64,000 nucleotides of DNA from Malacoraja senta (taxonomy: Eukaryota). The first letter of the stretch is position 1; each line of letters opens with the position of its first letter. The notes beneath the pieces were generated by a model, which searched no databases, was not told the DNA's origin, and worked only from the letters and a program-made list of their open reading frames with translations. A program made the translations under genes and the position numbers. Positions 12,697 through 26,526 of this stretch are shown piece after piece. The stretch covers positions 25,544,001 through 25,608,000 of the forward strand of contig CM075985.1 of assembly GCA_038087875.1 (NCBI GenBank), in the 5' to 3' direction.

Positions 12697-14548
12697 ATTA
12701 CACACAATATCCAACCTTAGGCAATAATAATGCCACTCTAACCATAATTGTTTTAACATTTGTTTTAGAAGATAGCTATATGAATATTTATTCCAGTTAG
12801 AAACGCCAGAAATAGAAGCAAGGAATTGTTATTGGAACAATTTCACTTGGATAGCTAAATACTGGTTAGGCTGAATTTGTATGTCCCAACTTTTAGACAT
12901 TTAACAACACTTAATTCTGTACTTCTTTTAGTTGGATCTTGGATTCTGCTGCCTAACTTAATTAATCAACATGAAATTCTGATTATCTTTTAGAATTTCA
13001 CTTCAGGTTTTTTTCCTTTGCATGGCATGTCATTTATCATATGCTCAGTAATTTTAAGTAGATATTATGACTGATTTTCACATTAAAACAAGGTTGTAGA
13101 ATTAAGTATTTTTTTTCTAACTAGTGTCAGTAGTAAATCTTCCCAAAAGAGGATTAATACAGAATATAACTGTGTTTCCAATCTCGCCAATGCAATTTTG
13201 CTCTAGTTTCAATTAGCAGCCCATTCTGAACTTGAATGGCAGTTAGCAACTTGACATGAATTGGCATATGGTAGAATTTACATGAATTGCTGTGACAGGG
13301 GCTATATTACATACAAAATAGGCTTGCATTTGAAGGAGTTTTTTTAATCAAATATAGGTAGGGATTATGTTCACCCTATTCTGACCCCATAAACTGTTGT
13401 AATTCCAATAAATAAAAAACAATCTTTAATGGGTCTGATAGTTTGTTTTTTCACATTGAAAGCATGTCAGATTTAGTTTCAATTCATGTCAAATTAAGTA
13501 TTTTGGTTTCACTGTTGGCTAAATTGAGATTGGCCAATACTATTTTATGTGTAACATAGCAAGCAGAAAGTATTTATAACATTGGGCTAGTTAAAACCTT
13601 GGTCACTGAGGTGAAAAAAACTGCATGGTAATTCTTATAAAGTAGTGGCTTAGAATTCTCATATAGACGTGATTTAGCATTTCTTAGCCCCCTGCAAAGG
13701 CATGTTAAATGGTGGCTGTGTGGCTGGCCAATGACTGTCTTAACCCCAGGGCCTTGTTTTGGTATTTATTGGTGCCAAGGGCCACTGGTGAAACATGCCA
13801 CTCAATTAAAGGTAGCTGCCTTACATGATAAGATTTTTCCCTTGCCCACTGAAGGAAGCAGTTGGGTCTCACATCACTGTTGGGTCCTTTGGATTGTGGG
13901 AAAAGGAAAGTGTGAGAGTGGGAGCTATTTACGGAAATGGTTAGCTGCCAGTTGTGTGATCGATGATGAGGGCTGAGGTACAGGACCCTGGGATCATTGA
14001 TCATCTATAGATGCCAGCAAGCCATAGGACTCTGATTGCCAATTGGTGGGGTAGGTTTGGTCAGGAGAAGATAGCAAACATGAAGGGTGGAGCCAATAGG
14101 TTATTATTAATTTAGGGTAGTGAGGGGGAGGGGGGCTGTGGGGAAGAGGTGTAGTTGAAGGAGTGTGGAAAATACATTTAATGGGGTTTTATAGGCAGAC
14201 AAATCTTTAATTCATGCCATAGCAGGCTCCATAGGTCCATTGAAGCCTGCATCTGCTGGAGTGAACTCGTGCTATACACTGCAGAAGCATGCAGGAAAAT
14301 TGAAGGAAATCTCCAGAAATGTATTCAAAATGTATTTTTTAGAGGAATTGGGTCATGTAGTGCAAATGAGCCATGGTGCTTTGTTGAATAATTTTTAGTC
14401 AAATGTGATAACCCACCCAGAACCCAATCATTGTTTAGAATGATTTTCATGTTGTTCAATTAATTAATTATGAAAATAACAAATCAATATTGCAATGTGA
14501 ATGTACATCATGATACATGGAAGCAGCTACAGTATAATTTGTACAAAC

Positions 14549-14659
14549 CTCATCACAGATTTGATTATAAAAGCATGTTAATTCTGTCTCTATCACCGTG
14601 CCTCCTGAACATCTGTAGTAATTACATGTATTATTGGGATCAGACCATTCATCACCATC
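14549..14659 (-). CDS. Mucin exon, VWC-like
   Basis: DGDEWSDPNNTCNYYRCSGGTVIETELTCFYNQICDE; 111 nt; phase 0-0; cag/gtttg. Confidence 0.9.
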
Positions 14660-16549
14660 CTGAAAAACAAAAGCAGAAATATCAGCAATTGTCAAACTGA
14701 GTAGCGAAGAGCTCTCTCAAAGATGTTATGTGGGTTGTGGCTGTAAATATTCATGTGGTAAACACAGCTCCACTGATTGCCAAGGAAGCCAACCTCAGCT
14801 GAAGTATTAGTAAGATAAGTACAATTATTTGCTGAGGGTTGCAGTGGCAAAATCAGTTAAGTTATTCTGTTCCAAAGTAATAAGTGTGGATGTCAAATAA
14901 AAAATTGATAACTCTGTTGTAATTCTCCACATCTTGTAACCATCATTGTCAAACTTCAGATATGAATATTGGTCTTTATCGGAAGATGCTGCAGGCTTTA
15001 AATTAATGCCCCTGCATAAATGAAAGTATTGTGAAAACAATGATTGCAGATTGATAACTGCAAAAAAAACTGGAAAATATATTTGGAAAAAATTGTGAGA
15101 AATTCATTAAAGTTTGGATTTCAGATGAAAAGTGATATTATGCTTTGAAAATCAGTTCATGTTTGAAAGTAATCATTGGCAGGGCATAGCATATGCTATA
15201 ACTTATATCTTACTTAGAGAATGCTTTCTTTGCCCAAATGTTCAGCAATACTTCCAGGAGTGTACTGAAGGAAGTGATTATTCTTAATTTACGAACCGAG
15301 CTATTCACCCTCAGAACTCCTCTGCAGCCAGGTCTGGATCTGCCTCTATGTATATATCCACAATGTTGCCCTTCCGCCACAGATTGTACAATAATAATTG
15401 GTAAAGCAAACCCTGGTTGATTTATGAAAAGCAGTTAACTCAAGAAATTAATAATGGATTTTCTCGTGCAGTGAAACTCCATGGTTCAACTTAAGCTGAA
15501 GGGATTCACACAATCTCAATTGTGGTTGGACAGATTGACACTGAAGTGAAAGCTGAAGCAACAGCATCAAGCACACTTAGAAGATTATTCAGTGAAAACA
15601 GATACTGTACATTATGCGAGGATCATCTACATATCCATCTGGAAAATGAAAGCAGTTTTGTGACTGATGTTAAATATAGGATTCTAAAAGCAAGAGATAC
15701 AAAATGTAATTGGATATGGTGCAGAGTTTTGCGATAATACTGAGGACACAGGCCCCTTGATTTAAAGGAGTGCAGAAGAGAGAGATCCTGTGCGTCTAAG
15801 GACATCATGTGAGAGGGTGCTCCATGGGTTAAAGGGGAGACATAATGGCAAATAAACTTACAATCAGTAGATTTATAGTGTAAGCTGCAGAAGACAAAAA
15901 GAAAGGAAGAACATGTCAAGTGAGAAGCTGTAGAGGTTGGGGTGATGGTGTGTGAAGGATGGAAGGAGATAGTTAGGAAGCAGGGGAAGAAGTGAAGGTC
16001 AATAGATCCACGAGCAATACATGAACTACTAGAGGAACTCAGTGGGTCAGGCAGCATCTGTGGAGACAAAGGGGTGGTTAACTTGACATTTGCTCCTTTT
16101 TTCGAGAAGAGATCCAGCGACTCAGCCAAAGGGAAGATGAAGGAGGAAACATAGGGCAAAGGCTTCTATACATCACTCCACTCCTGTGTATATTGAGTGC
16201 ATATGTCTTGACAGGCACCTGGTTCTTGTCCACACAAATGTATGTCTTAACATTCATGTATCAGGCTTGGTCCCTGTCACTTTGTACCCCCTCCTCCTAC
16301 CACTGTATCAAAACATTACTCTGTAAGTCCACGTGGTAGCTGGGATGCATTGGTTATCCCAAGTTAAAATAATCACAGATTGACAACTTCCATCCCTCAA
16401 TGTGATGTTGAGGACCTGGACATTCTCAACAGAATACACTTTGCTATCATTGTCCGAGAATTCAGATACCTGGTACTGACATCACTGCTCTGCGGGTGTC
16501 ATGACATGGACCCCATGAAGAATGAGGGAGTAGGTACATCACCATAGCC

Positions 16550-17920
16550 ATAGCCATAAAGCATGGAAACAGGTCCTTCGACCCAACTGGTCAATGCCGA
16601 ACAAGATGCCCATCCAAGCTAGTCTCATTTACCTGCGCCTGGCCAATATTTCCCTAAAGCTTTCCTATCCATGTAATTGTCCAGATGTCTTTTTAATGAT
16701 GCCATCATACCTGCCTTAGGAACTTTATCTGGAAGCTTCTTCCACATACCCACTATCCCCTCTGTGTTTCCATTTAGCCTCATGCACTCCAAGTGCGAGA
16801 CTGTCCAAGCGTTCTCTATTCCAATCATGTACCCAATTAACCAGTTCTCCCTGGATTCCATGAAATCGAATCTTGCAGAGCATCCTACCATGTGGAACAG
16901 GCTATGTCGATGGCCCTGTCATCAACAACTTTTTTGGTTACATCTTCCAAAACCTCAATCAAATATTTGAGACACAATTTCTCACATACAAAACCACGCT
17001 GACTATCCTGAATCAACCCCAGTCTTTCCAAATGCTTCTTCAGAATCGTCCCCAGTAACTTTCCTACCACATATGTTAAGCTTAAGGGCCTGTCCCACTT
17101 AGGCAATTTTTTAGGCAACTGCTGGCGTCTGTCATAATCTTAGCATGTCGCCGAAAAACTGGCGACTGGACACCCCTACGACAATGTCTACGACAAGCTA
17201 CAACAACCTACCACCTGGTCAACGTCCAGCTACGGCAAGCTACCAACAACCGGCGACCCATTAGGACGTTCACCTACGACCACACCTACGTCAACCTACA
17301 TCCACCTGCGACAAGCTACAATCCTGTCAGCGACAACTGAAGACAACAGAAGACAATTCAGTCGCCGGTACCTTTCGCCGGTTGACATAGGTTGACGTAG
17401 GTAGTCGGCAATAGAATTCACCAAAGTCAGCACTGGCGACAATCTACATCACCTGGCGACAACTTACGACATCCTGGCGACAACCTATGTCATCCTGGCG
17501 ACAATGTACGACAGCACCTACATCAGGAGAAGTCAAGCTATGCTCATTGGCATCAAGCCCATGGTCACCGAAATTTTTTGAACATGTTGAAAATCCAGTG
17601 GCGACCAGAAAGACGCTACGACTCTTTCGGCGACTGAGGAGACTACGACCATACAAGCGACACCCCGGCGACCATGTGGCGACAGCCTAGTCACTTGCAG
17701 TCGCCTAAAAAGTAGACTAAATGGGACAGGCCCTTTATAGGTCTATTGTTCTCAGGTTTTCTTTGTAATCCTTCATTAGAGTCAAAATATAATCTACCCT
17801 CAAATCTTCCAGCACCCTACCTGTGCCATAAGAAATGATTCATATATCTCAGTGAGGAGGACTGCAATTTCTTCCCACAATGTTCCTGGATAAATCTGAT
17901 CAGGCCCAGAGATTTATGTA
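16550..17920 (-). mobile_element. CR1 LINE fragments, split by a MITE
   Basis: RPLSLTYVVGKLLGTILK..IQDSQRGFVCEKLCLKYLIEVLEDVTKKV RT-adjacent motifs; 3' tail near 16550. Confidence 0.75.
17085..17734. mobile_element. PIF/Harbinger-type MITE
   Basis: TIRs AGGGCCTGTCCCACTTAG ... CTAAATGGGACAGGCCCT, TTA target duplication on both sides, internal CGACAA-rich repeats. Confidence 0.85.
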
Positions 17921-18628
17921 CCTTTTAGATCAGTAAGCTGGAAAATGAACACTGTTTTAATAGGTTAAGCTATGTTATCAAGAATTAGCTTGTCTGGTGG
18001 CTCGTGGACTTCACCTCTGAAACAAACCTTTGGTAAAGTTCGTTTGGCAAGTGAGTAGAAAAACTAACTCTGACCGAGTCCTTCTCCTGACAAAATACCT
18101 GCAGCACAGAGTTGCCATTACCATGTTTTGACAAGAGCCAAACACAAGACCTCATGGCAATATCCCTGATCCAGATACTAACACATATTAGATAAAATAA
18201 TCATATGCATGAGAGACCACAAGAACGTCTGCATAACTGTCTTTGAGTTCCAATTCAATTAGTAATTTTCAGAGATAATTTTAACAAGTCTGAGAATCCA
18301 GAGCCTTCAAAAAGCCAGTTGAACATAATGAGCCAAATTAACATTTTGTGCAGGAGAACTCAAAGTTATGTGACATAATTATAATAGTGCAATTTTACTA
18401 AATGACTATGTGACACCAGAGTTCATTATTGAGGATTTAAAAGTTTACTCTGACCTCCAAGTAATGAATCTACAAACTGAAATTAAAATTAAGATGTTTA
18501 ATCAGTTTCAACTATCTTAATATGTTCACCATTCCCTTTTGAAGTTTTGCCCTGATATTTGCCCACACAAAATAAATTTACTTAAAATAAAAGTATCAGA
18601 AAATACGAAATAACTTTCATGCACTCAC

Positions 18629-18660
18629 ATTTTTTAGGTTTCCTGAGTAGTCTGTGCATC
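18629..18660 (-). CDS. Mucin exon, start of VWC
   Basis: (R)CTDYSGNLKN; 32 nt; phase 1-0; cag/gtgag. Confidence 0.85.
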
Positions 18661-18771
18661 CTGTAGGAAAGAGAGATGTGGAATTAATAAATTTGTGTTA
18701 CCTTTTCGAGGAGGGCTTTATCTGTATTATAGTTTATAATTTTTGCACCGTTTTATGGAAATATAACTTAC

Positions 18772-18878
18772 TACTACATGAAGGAACACATTGTGTCGCA
18801 TCTTCAGATAGCATCAATCCCTCTGGACAGAAGCAACCTTCAGTAGGTTCAGAGAACATTTCTCCAGTTCTCATAAAA
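18772..18878 (-). CDS. Mucin exon, TIL second half (module 1)
   Basis: FMRTGEMFSEPTEGCFCPEGLMLSEDATQCVPSCS; 107 nt. Confidence 0.93.
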
Positions 18879-19036
18879 CTGTAAATAGATATAGTTATCT
18901 GTTATGCTACTGAATATTATAGCAATGAAGGAATCTAATATTACAAAAAAAAATGATCAATAGTTATATTTCAGACTAGTCAGACAATTAGTATGAAAAC
19001 ATTTTGAATAACAGAAAATATTAACAAAATACTTAC

Positions 19037-19106
19037 TTGTCAGTACAATAATTGTGATTGTTGGTGGCACAGGGTCTATAGATGAAACTATGTGGACAGG
19101 TGTAGC
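19037..19106 (-). CDS. Mucin exon, TIL first half (module 1)
   Basis: YTCPHSFIYRPCATNNHNYCTD; 70 nt. Confidence 0.92.
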
Positions 19107-20306
19107 CTGAAAAGAAATAAATAAATAATGTTAGGCACAAAGACACAAGCCTTAATCCATATATCTACATGTCTTTAGTGCCGGCCTGGGTGATTTAATA
19201 TAAGTTCAGTGTGAAATAAAACGATTACCACAGAATATTGGTGTTACAACTGAAAACACATTGGGGAAACATTTGGATTTGATTATCAGACCTTAATGGA
19301 TGCAGGAGTATCAGGCAATGTCCCATCTCTGTTCATTCAGTTCCACTGATATCCATTAGGCATGGGCAAGGACAATTAGTGGACAGTGGCTGGATTCTCA
19401 TTTATCACAGGTGATCAAAATATATTTCCCCTGATTACTAGATTGAAAGCTGTGCAGCTTTTTTATCACAATAGAGGAGCAAAACAAAAAAAACGTCCAT
19501 TCTTCAGGTAAGTCATTGTCTGATTTACTGCATATGATTGGTCTGGTTGTCACAGATCTCTATTTCCTGTGAGTAAGATTATATATCTCTGCATTAATTC
19601 TCCAACGCTAACATTTTTTTTCATAGTGCTAATGTAACACAGCACAAATAACATAATACTCTTTATTCCTAATTATATAGATTTTTTAGGGCAAATTTTC
19701 CTCCTTATTATAGAAAAATAATGCCGTACTTGCATAACATAGAGGTGAAAGATAGAAAGAAATGCAGTGAGAGGGGGGGGGGGTAGAAACAATACAAGTT
19801 CAATCCTGTATTTTCCTTTCTCCACTTGGCAATTGAAGGATTTGCCAACCACCTCCTAAACTCCTCTAATTTTTGTTGTGTGGATAGGCCATCAGGAGTT
19901 TGCTGTGATCTCGCCACTCTCCATGATTTGGTTTTGGATAAGCCCATAAGATCTCATAAGGCCCCACAGATGATGTGTACCAATTGTATGGGTTAAGCAC
20001 TGAACAGAATTCCTAAGTTTTTCCAAATTTGGAACCCCTTATGGAAAACCAATGTGTCAAGGCAAAATTTTGGCATAAAATGAGTAAGAGGGTGAGAGAA
20101 AATCAAATAATTGTCTATGGAATTCGCTCATGTAGAAATTATTTGGAACCATGCTTATTTTTTTGGCAACTGAAATAATTCTGACAGTTTGTATAGAAAG
20201 AATTGATTTAAACCCACCAGTTCTGAGCTTTGTATATTAGTCTGAAATTATTTTTACATTGATAATTTAATCCTTACGTGTAACTCCACAGTTCCACAAT
20301 ACTCAC

Positions 20307-20482
20307 TGCATGATCCATTTGTAGATTGCCTCCAGTCAACACATAATCCAAGTGCATTACATCTCAAGGCAGCTGCTTCCAGGCTGGAACATTCCTCATT
20401 TGTTGCGTTCCAACAGTTGTCATCCCGACATGCCTCAAAATAGTGAGAAAGTGAATTGAGGCTTCTGCAACTTTTGAATGAA
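20307..20482 (-). CDS. Mucin exon, C8 domain (module 1)
   Basis: SFKSCRSLNSLSHYFEACRDDNCWNATNEECSSLEAAALRCNALGLCVDWRQSTNGSC; 176 nt. Confidence 0.95.
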
Positions 20483-21655
20483 CTGCATAATACAGACATA
20501 AAATAAGTTGTTAGTTACACAAAAGCAAAATCATTTTCTGTTGAATAAAAATCCGCAGTGTTGAAAAATGTATTGTGTGAGGAACTGGTGTAAAATAGAT
20601 CTTGTAGCTATTTTTTCCAAGCATAAGGTTATATTTAAAAGGATTAATGTTTGTTGTAAAAATTATGAACAATTGTAAAATGATTTAAAATCACAAGTAT
20701 TGTTTCATTCGTATCAGGTATAGCTCATTTGTTAATATTCCTACTCAAAAGCCAAATTGGAGTTGCTCAAATCTATCCCAGAAACTCAAGGTTTGAACAG
20801 CTCTTCATTACTGAGGGTTACTGGACTATTGTTGGTGGTTCTTTTTGAATGAAATAGTATGCTATTTCAAATGGAAAAAAATAACGGGATTATACTAGTT
20901 TCAGGGAAGGCTGCTAAATTTTTCCCTATGCCCATATTATTTCTTTATCCAACATCGCAGTGTAAAAACTTGGCTGATAAAGCTTTTAATAGCTAATAGA
21001 GCTTTTAAACTTACAATTTCCCATTGCAAATTCTCCTCAATTACCTACAAAGTAATCTTATGAGTTTTAATATTGGTAGGCTAAATTTGAAATTATTTGG
21101 TATATGTTTATCAAAGGTACTGTAGGGTCATCACCCAACCTTTCAATTACAGCCAATAAACATAACAGATTAAAAACAATTTAAGATTAAACATTTTCTT
21201 TCAAATGCACTGTGATTGGTGCTGTATTAAATATGACAACAGCACAACAGAACAAAAATATTTCATTTTGTTGTGCTTTGCAACAGTAGAGTTTAAGTAA
21301 ATATTTTGCAGATGTACATTGTATCAGTTATAATATTAAAATCTTTAAGTTTTCTTCAGCCTATCTTTTCAGGAATCCTGAGCTATTTTGTATAATTTTC
21401 TTATATGAAACTTTGCCACATGAAAATTGGATGGCTGGCACATTTTGACCTTATCCAAGCAGGACAGTAATGATTGATGGATAATTTATGCAGAAAATCA
21501 GAAACCAGGCCAGTTGATAAAATGTAAAGTTGCCCATCACAAATGAATTTGATGAAGAGTTAAGTTAGAAAATATTTACTATATATTTTAAAACATGAAA
21601 TAAATAATTTTTAAAATAAATCTTTGATTTAAAGGTATGACAAAATATTACATAC

Positions 21656-21866
21656 TTTCCAAATATAGCATTACACATAGGTGTCTCATATTCACATGTT
21701 GGAGGAGGAGTTGGTGGACTGCAAGGCAGATATGTAGGTAGATCTGTGCAATGTATTTTATTTGTATAAGAAGTTTTCCACTCATGAGCTGTTTCAGAAC
21801 AACAGTCAGTAGGCTCTATTTCCCCATTCTTTCTCTTGCAGTCATCGTTGTTTGTAGAAATAGAAC
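21656..21866 (-). CDS. Mucin exon, VWD end and linker (module 1)
   Basis: SISTNNDDCKRKNGEIEPTDCCSETAHEWK...PCSPPTPPPTCEYETPMCNAIFG; 211 nt. Confidence 0.93.
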
Positions 21867-23070
21867 CTATGAAATGGAAATAATTTGCATTAATTAAAAC
21901 AAATCCTTTGACTTATTAAAAAAATTAAGTGATGATTATTTTTGACAAATGAATGATTCAATCATTCAATAAATCAATAATTCAATGATTTCTTGAAACT
22001 TTATTGTCACGTACCGAGGTGCTGTGAAATGCTTTGTTTTGCATGCAACCTTGTGTCGTCACATTTGGCATGAGGCAGCAGGTCTCTCCTCCCCACCGGG
22101 TACCCCTTCTCGGCAGCCCCCTCCCTCCCTACCGGGCCCCCCCCTTTTTTATCCCCCAATCACCCCCCTCCCCCCTCGCCAGGTAGCTCTCGATGGTCCC
22201 CTTGCTTTCCGATGACCTTCCTCACTTTATGGCAGAGCCTTAGGGAACTGATGGCATTTTCATTTGTAAATGTGAAGACGTGCCATATATCCAAATATGC
22301 AAGTCCCAAACTTCCTGACAGATTCTTGACAGTATGCATACATTTTGTGCTCTTACGCTAAGAAATTAAACTGCACTTATGCAATGGAATTTGCTCTTGG
22401 ATCATGCAACAGATTAAAGTTGTGTTGCAGGGAATAAAAAGTTAGCTACCATTCTATAAATTATATATAGATTTGTTATTATAGCAATATTTAGAAGTGC
22501 TTTTTAACTTTTTAAAAATTCAGTCCTTTTTTCATTTTTATAAAAATGTTTTTAGAAGCCAATATTTGACTGTTTCGATAGACAGCAAAGATGGAGGCAT
22601 AGCAATCTCATCTATCAAAAGTTTCTGCAGCAGTTTCATTGATTGGCCTCATGCTAACCCACCATCAGACAAGGTAACATTGGGTCTCACTGATGCAAAA
22701 CCCTTGAATGGCCTTACAGATTCAAACTACCTTGGTGTATCTTGGCGCTAATGGGTTGTTGGCCCTCACTTAGCAAAATGTAAGCTAATATTTTACATCT
22801 TGATCTTTGTTTACAATGGCCATGCATATCTACAAAAATATTAAGGTTTATGAAGCTCTAAGGAATATAGGGAAGAAAGTAAAAACATAAAGTACACCAT
22901 GCTTATGTTAGCTTATACGTATGTGTCATAAATAGGCCATTGTATCACTTCTTTGCTAGAGCAATACAAAAATGAGTGTATTACCCTGTACTCTCACCAA
23001 GCTTAACCAGTTAAAATGGTACTCTCATTGATTATGTTTATATTCTTATTAACAACATCCTATCTCATAC

Positions 23071-23254
23071 CACATTGTCCTTGTAGTTTATCCTTGAAAA
23101 AGAATTCTGATAATTTAATTCTGAACTGTTTTCGGTTTGCTGTAATGACGGTTCGAAGGGCAGGAATATGAACACGTATATGGGAACACCGTTTTGAAAT
23201 GGTAAATCCTTCTGCAGAAAAAGGTAGACTGACAGATTCTCCATTGACTTTCAC
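23071..23254 (-). CDS. Mucin exon, VWD middle (module 1)
   Basis: VKVNGESVSLPFSAEGF...FKDKLQGQC; 184 nt. Confidence 0.95.
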
Positions 23255-23744
23255 CTGCCAAGAATAGATGGAAACATGTTGAAAATCATTTGAAACCTCT
23301 ACATGAGAAAATTATTATCACATTATGTCAAATAAATTATAATTATAACTTTATAGTCCGTATTCTGGAAGAAAATATGACGGCCTCAGTAATACATGGG
23401 GCCAGTTTTTGTTGAGTACAGTTTGGAAGAAGTTTAAGCCAAACTTGCAGCAGCAAAAATAAAGCCCTCTAAGTTTAACTTATGGACCTGATTTTAAAGT
23501 TGCAAGCAGACATTTCTGTAGGAATTCATTATAACTGTTCTAAAATAATGTATGGCTGACAATTTGTCATTTGTGAGTCAGTTTGACTCAGACCTCTGCA
23601 CATGCTCTGCTAAGTGTACAAGTGCATGTCAAGTGGAAGGAAAGGTGCTAGCGGATCTTATCTCTTACTCGGTCAATGGATTTCCGAAAAGGTTGAGCAA
23701 AATAGTGTTATTGTGCTGTAAGGTGAGACTCAATACACTTTGCA

Positions 23745-25865
23745 GTAGAACAGTAGAGTACAGGGACAGACCCTTCAGCTCACAATGACTGGGCTGAACA
23801 TTGTGCCAAGTTAAACTAATCTGCACGTGATCCATATCCCTCTATTGCCTGCATATTCATGTGCCTATCCAAATCCTCTTAAACAACACTAACATATCTG
23901 CCTTCATCACCATCCCTGGCAGCTGGTCTCAGGTACCCATCACTCTCATTGTAATAAAACTTGTCCCGCTAATCTCCTTTAAACTTCACTCCTCTCGTCT
24001 TAAAGCTATGCCCTTAAGTCTTGGAAATTTTCATCCTTAGGGAAAGAAGATTTTGACTGACTACCACATCTACGCCTCTCATAATTTTACATGCTTTAAA
24101 ATCTCTTTTCAGCTCTGTCCCTCCAGAGAAAACAATCCGTTTGTCCAATCTCGCTTTATGGCTAATACCTTCTAATCAAGGCAGCATTTTGGTAAACCTT
24201 TTCAAAGCCTCACGTCCGTCCTGTATGTGCAGACCAGAGATGCACACAATACTCCAAATGCGGTCCAACCAAAATCCTGTAAAACTGTAACATGACTTCA
24301 CAACTCTTAAACTCAGTGCCCCAACTGATGAAGGCAAATATACCGTATGCCTTCTTTACCACTCTATCTACTTGTGTTACAAATTTCAGGAAGCTATGGG
24401 CTTGTACCCCAAGATCTGTTGAGATCTTTCCATTAATTAATATTTTTCCCTTACATGCGACATTCCAAAGTGAAACACTTCACATTTGCTCAGATTAAAC
24501 ACCGTCTGTCATTTCTATGCCCATTTCTGTAGCTGACCAATATTCTGCCGTATACTTTGACTGCCTTCCTCACCGTCCGAGACTCCAGAAACACTGGTGT
24601 CTTCTGCAAACCTGCTCATTAATCTGTCTACATTAACTTTCAAGTCATTTATCTATCCCAGCCTACCAGCCTGTCCTTATAACTCAAACCCAAGTTTATT
24701 GAGGAGTTAACAATGATCAAAGAGGGTAGGGTTATGAATGTTGTCTACATGGATTTTAGTAAAGCCTTTGATAAAGTCTCCCACAATTATTGATTTAGAA
24801 GATTAAGATTAATGTGCTTCATAATGACTGATTTAGAAGATTAAAGTGACTGGCTTCATCTTGACTTGGTTATATGGATTCAGGAATGGCTGATGAATAG
24901 AAGAGAGAGGATTTTGGTAGAAGGACTAGATGTCTTTGACGAGGGAAGATTTGCAGGGATCCTTACTGAGACCTTTGTTGTTTGTGATATATACCAATGA
25001 CTTGGACAAAAATGTCGATGGCTTAGTTTGTAAGTGAGCAGGCAACATCAAGAATGCTGGAGTTGCAAACTGAGGAAAGCTGTCAAAGTATATGGTGGAA
25101 TATCGATCAGCTACAGAAATGGCAGAGAAATAGTAAATGCAGTTTACTGTGAGCATGTGTGAGATGTTGCTCTTTGGGATGTCGAATGTATCGGGGTATA
25201 TGGTTGATGGCAAAAACTTTAACAATATGATGTGCAGAGGGTTCCTGGAGTCCGAGACCATAGCTCGATAGTGTGGCAAAGAAGGCATATGGTGTGCTTG
25301 CCTTCATTGGTAGGGATTTTGAGTGTAAGAGTCAGGAAGTCATGATGCACCTTTATAGGACTATGGTTGGGCCCCATTTGGAGCATTGTGTACAATTCTG
25401 ATTGCGACATTACTTGAAAGTTGTGGATGCTTTTGAGAGGAAGCAGAGGACGTTTACGAGAAAGTTGTGTGGATTGGAGAGTAATAGTTATAAGCAGGGG
25501 TTGGATAAACTTGGATTGTTTTATCTGCAGCATTAGAAGCTGAGGGGAGACCTGAAACAAATATATAAAATTATGACAGGGATAGATGTGGTAGACAGTC
25601 AGAACTTTTAACCCAGTGTGGGAATGCCAAAGACTAGGTGGCATAGTTTTAATGTGAAAGGGGCAAAGATTAAAGAAGATGTGCAGGAGATGTATTTTCA
25701 TATAGAAGGTGCTGGATGACTAGAGTGTGCTGCCAAGGGTGATGTGGAGATAGACATGAAGCTTTTAGATAGTTAAATTGATAAGCAGGGAATGGAGGGG
25801 TATGGATTATGTGCAGAGGATGTTACTTTAGATTGGCATCATGTTCAGCACAGATGTTGTGGGTC
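23745..25865. mobile_element. Two CR1 LINE 3' fragments in opposite orientation (minus ~23745-24690, plus ~24695-25865)
   Basis: VVYMDFSKAFDKVSH motif (plus strand, 24741); CR1 3' tails at both outer ends. Confidence 0.8.
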
Positions 25866-26171
25866 GAATTGTATTTGGATGATTGCAACTTGATGGGGAT
25901 AGGGTAGGGGTGTGATCCAGTTGAGGAATGCGAACGACAGGAAAATAATTAGCAAAACATTGGATGGCTGAAAAGACCAAGACGTCTGGAGAGAAGTGTG
26001 GAAGGAAAATTCAGGTAGCAAATGCAAACAGAAGTTCAGGGAACGTATTTGATGATATTGTTAAGGAGATTTTAGAGTACTGAGGAAAGATTTCAGCGCG
26101 GAGCTTAATCGATTGATGGGATCAGGCAGGTAATATTCATAGTGAATGTACATACATATATTAGTACTTAC

Positions 26172-26401
26172 ATCATTTTGCCATGGTGATACATGTATGG
26201 TGGTTCCATTGTAAATAATTATTATTGATTTCTCACAGGATTTATATGCTGATGGAGGACAATTCTGATTATCAAGGATCACAGAAAAATTGTATGTTGG
26301 GTTAATTTCTTCCACAAGAACGTATGAACAATCTTCAATGAACTTGTAGAATACACCGTCGAAGGTACGATAATGTTTTCTTCCCCATACTTGGCATACA
26401 G
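26172..26401 (-). CDS. Mucin exon, VWD start (module 1)
   Basis: (S)VCQVWGRKHYRTFDGVFYKFIEDCSYVLVEEINPTYNF...VSPWQND; 230 nt. Confidence 0.95.
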
Positions 26402-26526
26402 CTAAAATTTAAAACAGATATTGATTTTTAAATTCCAATTGAAAAAGCAATGGAATTGCTGGTAAATAACATTTTCTATTTGAAATTTAATGAGAAAGTA
26501 AGATGAATAGATAAAAATATAGCTAC

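Noticed and set aside
15210-15420. Possible extra VWC exon (donor-like cttac at ~15209)
   Set aside because: No Cys-rich frame seen, and the flanking exons already join in phase
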